This document shows positions 55,090 to 64,000 of a DNA stretch of 64,000 nt, piece by piece. The stretch's first letter is position 1. Each line of letters opens with the position of its first letter. The translations under genes were made by a program, and so were the position numbers. The DNA comes from Camelus dromedarius (lineage: Eukaryota). The DNA lies in assembly GCF_036321535.1 (NCBI RefSeq), contig NC_087437.1:39868001-39932000 (forward strand), given 5' to 3'. The notes below the pieces were generated by a model. The model did not search any database, had not been told where the DNA came from, and worked only from the letters and a program-made list of their open reading frames with translations.

Positions 55090-56158
55090 CCTGTAGGTTC
55101 TTATTAAGTGCTATTGAAATGTCTAAAAATAATTGGTAGCGATGACCATTAACTTAATTTCTTTGGCTGTAAGTTTTCAGTGGGTCTACCAATCCTTGAA
55201 AACACACCAAACTGAGGTTTAAGATACCATGAAAACATCTCACTGTTGTGACTTTACTGTGTTATGACGGCAGGTTTATTTTTTGTTTGTTTTTTAACAG
55301 GATAAAAGAGTTTGGCAGCCTCCATAATTATTATTGAAATAACCATCAAATAAAATCTTTAAGCCTGGCTGAATATTCAATGAGCTGTGTAAATCTGGAG
55401 TGCATGAAACAATAGCACAGGGCAAGAGCAGAAATCCAAAGGAATGAGCAGAGGGTTTTAGATAATTCTGCAACAGCTATCCTAGACAGTGATGTTCTAC
55501 CTGACTTGGGACATAGTCGATTCTACAGTATCTTCTGAAACCCAGTGCAAGACAGCACGTGAGGAAAGCAAAAGAAAATATGATTAAGTACATGGGCCAA
55601 GGCAAGGAAATCCAGTATTAATAATATCACAAGCTGCCAGTAAATCTGTATTTTATAGGTGAAGAAATACATTTCTACTTTAAAGTGTGTTTTTATATAC
55701 CCTTGAGTGCCCAACTAGTTAAAGTACCGAGGGAGCTCTACATGATTTAGAAGTTAATCCTTCAAATGGCTAACAATTGAACGTCTCAGCTGTTTGTAGT
55801 TTCCTACTGCTGGCTAATTTCATTTTTGTTTCATATGTTTGGGGGTAAGCTTTCATTGTTCGCTGACACTGAGGTTGTAAGTCTAGTTAATTTAGTTAAA
55901 ATGAGGCTAGAAATGTTCACGGTTTTCTGCTGGCTACAACCAGACCTGGGAGAACTTGGAGTGAACACCCCACAGAGAAACTCAATGGGAAGAAAATCAG
56001 ATGACCCAGCTCTGAGTCAGCTTTAACAACCATGGAGTAGGGATGTATATAAACATCTCTAAATGTGTTAAGGCGTTTGAGATCTGAAAATGTTTGATGC
56101 TTTACATTATCTCAGACTCTGAGGTTGCTTTTTTTGGCCAATTTACTTCCCCTCTTTC

Positions 56159-56343
56159 TTTTTTTTTTTTTTTTTTTTATTGAAGTATAGTCAGTTTACA
56201 AAGTGTCGATTTCTGGTATACAGCATAATGTTTTGGTCCTACATATACATACATATATTCGTTTTCATATTCTTTTTCAGTATAGGTTACTATGAGATAT
56301 TGAATATAGATCCCTTTGCTATAGAGAAGAAACTTGTTGTTTT
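56159..56343 (-). mobile_element. Young L1 3' end (minus) with poly(A) tail
   Basis: Poly-T then attgaagtatagtcagtttaca...tttctggtatacagcataatg...atatattcgttttcatattc; ttcccctct on both flanks as a probable TSD core. Confidence 0.9.
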
Positions 56344-56589
56344 CATTTCCCCTCTATTTATTTCACGTTATTTTCCCTCAAAGCCTTTGCTTGAAGTTGT
56401 AGTAAAGGGCAAATCCAATGGCCTTCATGGGCTTCTTACCACCAAAATCCCTAGATTTTGTTTATATCTAATGGATATAAACCCCTAATGACTGTCAGAA
56501 AGAATGGACTTCCCCAAGCACTTGCTCTGTCACCCCTGACTACCCCAGGGCTCCCTACACTTCTTTTTAACTGCTTAAAGGCACAAGGC

Positions 56590-56955
56590 TCTGACCCACA
56601 TTCCTTCCCATTGATTCCTCTTTCCTCTTCATCAGATAACTCCTCCTCATCCCAACATCTCAACATAGGCATCACTTGCTCGAGACATCTTTGCTAACTC
56701 ACCACATCAAGTCTGGTCCACTGGCCCCATATTTGCCCTTTTGTACACACAACTGCATATTTAATTCTTCATAGCACTAAACAAGATTATAATTAAACAA
56801 TTAACTATTCAATTATGTAATTAACTTTTAATGTCTGTCTTTTTCATTAAAACATAAACTTCTGTGTAGTCCAGGACAATATCTGTCTTATTCATTTTCC
56901 TATGCTCCAGGGCCTACCTCATGGTATCCACTCAAAATTTTGTTGAATGAATGAA
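56590..56955 (+). mobile_element. L2 3' end
   Basis: ttcttcatagcacta...aatgtctgtct...caggacaatatctgtcttattca...tttgttgaatgaatgaa terminus. Confidence 0.8.
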
Positions 56956-59900
56956 TCTAATCCAGGGTCAGTTACCTCACTTGCAAAATGGAATAAAAAG
57001 GAATCCTTCTTTCTTAGTGTTGTTATTAGGATCAAATGATATAACAAATAGGTGAAAAACACTTTATATGTAGTCAAATGTTACAGGTATCATTGTTCAT
57101 ACATAATGGTGGTAGTAGTTGTATCCATTTCTGACATATGGAAGCAATTTCTTGAAGGAATTTGTCAAATGATGACTACTCTGATCTTCCTTCACACAAG
57201 AACAGCCAGCCACTGTCCTGGGGTAGCCCCACAGTCTCCCTCACCTACCTCCATGCCTCTAAGCAGACTACCACCTAAACTCGGATTTCAGACTTTCATA
57301 ATTCCATTTTAATCCTCATCTTGTTTGAGTTAAAAAGTATTTGGGGACACTGTGATGGATGTTACAATGTCAAGTTCTTCTGGGATAGAACAAGGTGCTG
57401 CCTAGAGGAATGTATATTCTAACATTGGAGATGGACAGAGGACTAGCTCATTATAATTCTAGCCAAATTCTGTAACAGAAGGAGCCATAGAATTCTATCA
57501 GATCATAAGAGAAAGGCACTGGAGTCTGATTCTACTCATACGATTTTATCAGATCATAAGAGAAACCCAATCTGGAGCCTCAGAAATAACTTCATAGAGG
57601 AAATGGTGACTGAGCTGATTCTTAAAGAATCAACGCGGTTCCCCAGGTAAAGGTGGTAAAAGTGCTCCCAGCAGAACAAGCAGGACGAGCAGGACACAAG
57701 CGAGTGGCCCAGTGTGGGGTCCAGACGGCCAGCGGGTGGGCTGTTGCTGGGGTCCCAGCAGAATCTTTCTCTACGGTATCCTCGTATTCTAGTTGCTGCA
57801 TAGGAACCTAAATCTGAGACGTGATGTTATTAGCTAAAAGTAAAATTGCCAAAACTAGAATTGCCAAAGCCCAGCATAATCAGCTATGAGTGACTTAAAA
57901 TCAAAACTCCCTACTCCATCATACCTATTCTAGCATCAGCTAAATGGAGCTGCTTCAAAAAGCTATTCTCCACAGTAATTTTCTTTCTGAAAAACCAATC
58001 ATGTGAAAGTATGAAAAACGTACATTTTGGTGCTTAAATGCATCTTTTTCTTCTCCGACGCAGAAGCCTCCTCCTTCTATCCTCTCCCACAACGCTCCCT
58101 TGCATTCATAAACTCTCTGTGTCCACAGAGATACACACATTTTTTCTAAGAAGTCATTAATTTTTGAGTTTGAGAAATATGAAATAGACAAAGTGGGTAA
58201 TTTTTCACACTTAGAAGAATTTCCCCATTATGTTTTGACTTCTATTTTTTCTCACACAGCTGAAAGGAGATTAATAAAATTTACTTTTTCCATTAATTGG
58301 CTTTACAGATTGCCAGGGGAGATGGTACCCAATCAAGTCAAACAAAACAGAAAATACCCATAGCACACGTTTACCTCCGACCAAGAAGCTGTGGTTAACC
58401 TCCCAGCAGCTAGCCTTCCCAAGAAACTGATATGATATTGAAGCCCAAGAGACGTCAAACCTTACAGAAATTGCTGAATTATCTTCTTCTCCAAAAGGCA
58501 CCCAAAAGCATTAGGGAAAGAAAAGTTTCCCTATGATTTCAAAACATTATCTTTAGCCAGCATCACTTGTGGAATTATTTCATTTTACAGAAGTATGGAG
58601 TTGGAACAATTCCAACTTACTGTACTCTTCTAACTAGATGGTGGGGTTTTGGTAAGACAGTAAGTCACGAAAGATACTCCAGCTATCGAAGAGAGCTTCC
58701 TCTATTCACAGTCATAAGAAAAGACCAGAGAAGAAATTTTTTTCAAATCCTGACATCCTATGAGATTACATTTAAACTCTGAGCTCTAGGAAGCTCTCCC
58801 TTTAACATTCAGAAAAAGTTCAAAGATTTGGATTTCGTTTTATGGATGAGAAGGGGGAAAGGGGGCTTCCTGGTAACAGTGAAACCACAATCACATCATC
58901 CACGGTCCTCATGAGCAGTTATAAATGTATTTCTTTAATAACCTGTCCTTCCCGTTGAAGCTCGCTGCCGGCAGAATAAGACACATCTATAGTCACAGTC
59001 TCTGCCAGGGGAGGGAAGGACGGGGTGAGGGTGGAGAAGCGGGGGCAGCGGGGAGGGAGGGAGGTGCTTTCATTACACTGGCCCCCTCTATCCGTGTGGT
59101 GTTCATTCCATTCCCGGCCAGAAAAGGGAAATTGTGAGGCGTTATAAGGCACAGCATTTGATGTGTAAGTTCAGCAAGTCACAAAGGAAGAAATACCTTG
59201 AGAATCCTCCAGGCCCTAATGCCAGAGTGTAAGGTGATGGATCTGGTGTATCTATCACCCAGGAACAAAATGAAACGAAATATCACTTTTGGTTGTTCAT
59301 CAGGGAGCTTACTACCAGAGAAAAATGCCCATTTTGAAGATTTATATATTCAAATAGCTAAAGACAGGCCTAGGCCATTTATTTTTCATTGCAATACGGC
59401 AAGCCTTTAAATGCCCAATATTTTAAAAATCTGTTCATCTATATTTTTGCTTCAGCTTCTCTCTTAGTTTGCCTCAGAAGTTTCTGCCTTAAACTCTAGG
59501 CTCCTATTCTGTCCAACTTACACCTAGCAGGCCTTCAAGAAATGTGTTTAAAGGGAAGCCGATGTTTAACCATTTAATCAGATAGTGGAGGACACTGATG
59601 TAACCAAGTAAAGCTTCTCAGGAAAGTCATGAGTCTTGGGCTCAGAACGCATCAAGGAGGAAAGAACCTTCCCTCTGAGCAAGAACGATTCTCTCTGGGA
59701 TTCCTGAGCTCCCGTGGCACTGTAGTAAAGTGTCCAAGTTCTACTAAGTGTCTAAGTTCTATACATTAGCCACTCCTTTTGTACGTGCCTCTACTTTCTG
59801 TTTTTTCTTTCCTCCCAGCTCCTCATCGAAACACCTCGAGTCACATTTTTATAATCGTTTATGTGAACAAAGCCCTTCAGTGGCCCTTTCATTTCTCTCT

Positions 59901-60074
59901 TCTGTTTCTTCTTCCCTAATTTTCCACTTTCCATTAATACAATTTATTCTGTTTAGTGGTTTTCCTAACTATTCCATTCATGTCCTCTACTTTCATGGTG
60001 TACTTTTATTTATGCCCCCTTGGTGGTAGCAACCATTTGTCAGGGAACTTCTGTTTAAGATCTTCAGCTACGTA

Positions 60075-60992
60075 ATGCTTTATAATGAATGTAAGTAAAT
60101 TCCTATATTTTGATATCTACGTTCCAACTCAAGTTGAGAAACATGTGTAAACAATTATGGGAAAAACAATTTCACATGAGCTGTTTTGGACTAACTGTAA
60201 CTCCGATAACCATTATATTCTGGACCAAAAATAAAATGGTTATTTGGTGGAATTGGAATGACCCACATCACACAGAATCTAGGAATGAATTCAGTCCTTG
60301 AAAGAAGTAAACTGCAGAGGGTGAGGTCCACATTTGTGTGGCCCGAATCCTAACCCACTCCCCATTTAATTAGCAAGAGCTGGTAAGACCTCTTGGGGAA
60401 ATCTTCATTGTCACTGGCTTTAAGGTGTCAGGGATTCAGGGCTGTTATTGAGGGGAGAAACTTGGAAAGGAAGGTGTCATATAATGTGAATACAAAAGCT
60501 ATATTTATAAACGCTCCTCAAATCCTTGGCTGGATGTGCATATGCACGAAAGACTCCATTGATGCCAGGGCAGAACTGCTGGGGTCCCACCCCCTGTGCT
60601 TTGGTCTGGGACTCTTCAAGGCAATAAGCTAAGACAGGCACCAGGCTCACCTTGCTTATTTTTCCCACTCTCAGTGATCACTGCCTTGTGCTGCTTGTTA
60701 TTTTATTTCTGAAAATAATTTTTCCGTATTTTTTCCTGTAATGTTACTTCTTTCAAGTAAGAATTATTACTTTATCATGGCTGGAAATGGCAGTCCTCCA
60801 CTTTAAACCATTAACATTGCATAAGAAAGAGATTTAGGAAGTTTTAGAGTAAATTTCATATCATTTTCCACCTATGTTATAGGTTATTTTAAAACTGCAT
60901 TCAGTGTATTATATGCATACCAGGAGATTTTACATCCTGTAAACATACTTTTATAAGATCAAAATAAAGTGTTTCTTGTTTAAAAAAAAAAA
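60075..60992 (+). pseudogene. Retroposed non-TE insert (3'UTR-only processed retrocopy or orphan L1 transduction)
   Basis: AATAAA at 60963-60968; A13 run at 60982-60994; 18-bp TSD AAGATCTTCAGCTA(C/T)GTA at 60057-60074 and 60993-61010; TT/AAGA cut site; source not recognised. Confidence 0.82.
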
Positions 60993-61487
60993 AAGATCTT
61001 CAGCTATGTAGACTTGAGCTAGACTTCCTGTACTCTGGGAGAAAAAAATGCAACAAAATACTGCCATGACTGCACGTGGAAGGGTTCTAATGTTTTTTTC
61101 TCTCCTTAACCAAGAGATTAGATCACTCAATGGTGCTCATGATACTGAATAAGAAAATAATAATAACAATGTAAGTGGTAATGTTTATTTTTAATTGCTC
61201 AGTTTGTATGGAATCCTACTCCATTTTTTTAAACCAACAAAAATTTCATGGGCAAGGTCAATAATAATGATTCCTATTATGGCGAGAAAAGTATGTCACA
61301 TGTTCTAGTATATCAGTCAAAATATTTACTGGGTCCCTACTTTGCAACTGGCTGTTAGCTATCAATATATAAAGACACCACCCAGATATCATGCCAACTG
61401 TCAAAGATTTTTAAATCGTTGATGAAACATAGAGGAAGAGTTCATTAGAATCCAATGGTCAACTGATTTTCAAAATGAGTTCCAGAG

Positions 61488-61640
61488 CAGTAGTTCCAAA
61501 CCTGTACAAGAATCAGAATAATCTTGGGAGCTTTTTAAGAAATACAGAATCTTGGTTTCTACCTTGGACCTTATAAGTAAGGCTGTCTGGAAGTAGACTC
61601 AAGAATTTGTATGTTTAAAACTTCCCTGGTGATCAGAATG
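61488..61640. mobile_element. MER5B-like MITE
   Basis: cagtagttccaaacc...aatcagaataatcttgggagctttttaagaaatacaga...caagaatttgtatgttt...cctggtgat. Confidence 0.65.
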
Positions 61641-64000
61641 AGCACCTGTTCTGCTAGCTGCTGTCTATCTGGTCTTCATTCTAACTCACAGGCTGGCCAG
61701 AAACACAAGAACAGATATAGGAGGTTCCTTACCACAAAAAAATAAAAGAGAGAGAGAGAAAAAAAGACCGCTGTCTCCAAATGTTTTAAAGCTGGAAATT
61801 TACCAACACAATCTTAGGAACACTGAGCAGTCACCATCTTTCTGTTGTCTTACAAGTTATGTATTTGGACACATAGAAACTATTGGTTTTGGGTGAAATA
61901 GAGGGAAGCCAATTAGAGTCACAACAAAAGAGACAAAAGGAAGAATACAAAAACATATATGTATTTAATTGGATCCATAGAAAGGTTTTCAGAGAGAGAG
62001 GAGACTTGTGTTTCTCCTCCCTTTTCCCTATGAGCACAACTGAACAAGACAGACTGGGTCAGTAGCTAAGAGAAGTGGGCCAGGTTTGAGAATGCTGATG
62101 AACCTGTCAAATGATTACTTATAAACCGAGGGCCCCCTGGCATTCATGAGATGAATTTCTTTTGTAGGGGCATATGGAAGAGGGAGGGGGTTAAATGGAC
62201 CTTGTGGAATGATCTACATCATGAATAATGGGAAAACAACCATGCCAGAAAGACAACTGTCTAAAGTCAATCTGGAGAGAAAACAAAAAACAAAACACTG
62301 CTACTTTTGGTATCTTGTAATTGTTGATTCCTGAAGTCCAACCTAATCCTTCATACTAGAAATAGCCACTTACCCAAGATCCATATCAGTCTTTTTTCAA
62401 TATATGAGTTTTTAATATAGATGTCAGTCTGTACTTTTAACCTACCATGCAATATTTCTTCAAGATGGACTGTCAACAGAATGGTAATACACTACCTTGG
62501 GTTCATGGAACCATTTTATATCAATATCTTAATTTTGATCAATATTATATAAATTATATTGCTACAATCATATATATTTATGATTAGATCTAAAGTAACT
62601 GCTTTTCCCCTAACACAACAACATTATTATATGAAACTTTGGCATTAAAAGCAGAGTTTGAGGTTGGTAGCCAGTTTTTCTGTGATAACTGCCAATTGCC
62701 ACCAAAGAGGGGGTCATTTTAAAGGTGCAGAAGGTCTGAGCTTTTTACATTCTTTGCGAGTTGTGTCACCCATGTGGCTTAATTTTTGCTCCAAAAAAAT
62801 ATTTTTCAGTTGAGAAGAAACATTTGCTTAGCATCTAGCAACTTACTAGGCATTATGGTGGTATCTGTATCTGTTGATCTCACAAAAAAAGCTGTAGACA
62901 GATCATGTTATCCCATCAACTGATGAGAATATTGAGGTTTGGTTAAGTTTTACATATCCCCCTAACTAGTAAGAGCCAAGCTGGGGTCCAATTCCTGTTT
63001 TTGTGATTCTTAAAGCCTGAGCCATTCCTACTGCATCCTCCCAAAGCCAAACAGGCTGAATTGCTATCACACCCAAAGAGCACTGAAGCAATTATAACAG
63101 AGTCCATGTATGGGTAACAAACCAAATAGGAGCACTCAAAACTTCTTTTAATAATCACATAGCATATTATTTAGTAGGAATAAAAGAATAAAAGACAACT
63201 TGTATTCTTACTTGTTACCAAGGGTTGCACTTCATTTCTGAAAAATGAGTTGATACTGAAATAAATCTTTTTCCATCATCCTAATATAACCATTTTAATT
63301 CTAACCTTGGCTAATAGCAAATTTCGTTCCATGGTCCAATTACAGATTCTACAAAGTCAAAACAATATGTATTATGTACAACTGATATTCCAAGGACTCA
63401 TTTATTTTTGGATCAAAGATCTTAATCAAGGTTGGAGATGTTTTTTAAGTTATTTTTATTTTACCTCTGAAAAAACTAAGCACAGAAAGTTGCGTGAACT
63501 TCCTTACATGCGTCCTGGGGTGAATTTGACTGCAGTGACAAGCCAAAATAAAATGTTTAAGGTCAGGAGCATGGGCTGTCCTTTCTTTTAATTGACATAT
63601 GGATGAAACAATGATTTTTTTTACCTTAGCACACTAAAAATGTCAACTAAAAAGTTGAAGTAATTTTCCCTAACCTGGTAGCTATCTTAAATCAGGTAGA
63701 AAAGAAAGATGCTATAGTTCCTTGAATGGCCTGGAATTACATATTTAAAATTCCCCAGACCCAAGCCAGCCTTGCCAGCAGATTTTGTAATCCTTTCCAC
63801 AGTCTTTGCAATGTGCCTGGCTTGCCAATTAAAAACAAAATTTAAAACCCTCAAGTGGTTTTTAACTGCCAATGACAAAAACGGCAAAGGTATTTTTGAA
63901 AATTCAGTTAAGATCTAGTTAAGAAAAAGCATGGATGTCTCCAGCTCAGAGATAATTCTTGCTCAGATTCGGTACTTTTTTTTTTTTTATTGCCACAGTA

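Noticed and set aside
57496..57565. Repeat-spacer-repeat resembling a CRISPR unit
   Set aside because: Only two copies, no cas genes, and the DNA is mammalian.
60012..60030. CTCF-like GCCCCCTTGGTGG
   Set aside because: It has an extra base relative to the CTCF core, so the match is poor; unsupported without ChIP data.

Overview
Mammalian non-coding genomic DNA, most likely camelid: a tRNA-derived SINE at ~54952-55089 matches my recollection of the camelid Vic-1 family. I recognise no protein-coding exon, RNA gene, CRISPR array or prokaryotic-type system, and the ORFs in the track look spurious. The window is a mosaic of old repeats (MIR, L2, MER5, MER102, MLT1, LTR16, L1ME) and younger insertions (L1 3' ends, Tigger1 derivative, SINE). 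Between them lie long repeat-free blocks rich in TAAT/TGACA motifs that resemble conserved enhancers. This fits a large intron or gene desert of a developmental regulator, possibly transcribed on the minus strand (inference; gene not identified). The most distinctive item is a ~920-bp non-transposon insert at 60075-60992 with AATAAA, a poly(A) tail and an 18-bp target-site duplication, i.e. a 3'UTR-only retrocopy or orphan transduction. Other notable items are a nested L1-in-Tigger1 stack, a hairpin at 7726-7772, G-quadruplex motifs and several AG|GT recursive-splice-like motifs. Repeat family names come from recall of consensus sequences, not a database search; boundaries without TSDs are approximate.
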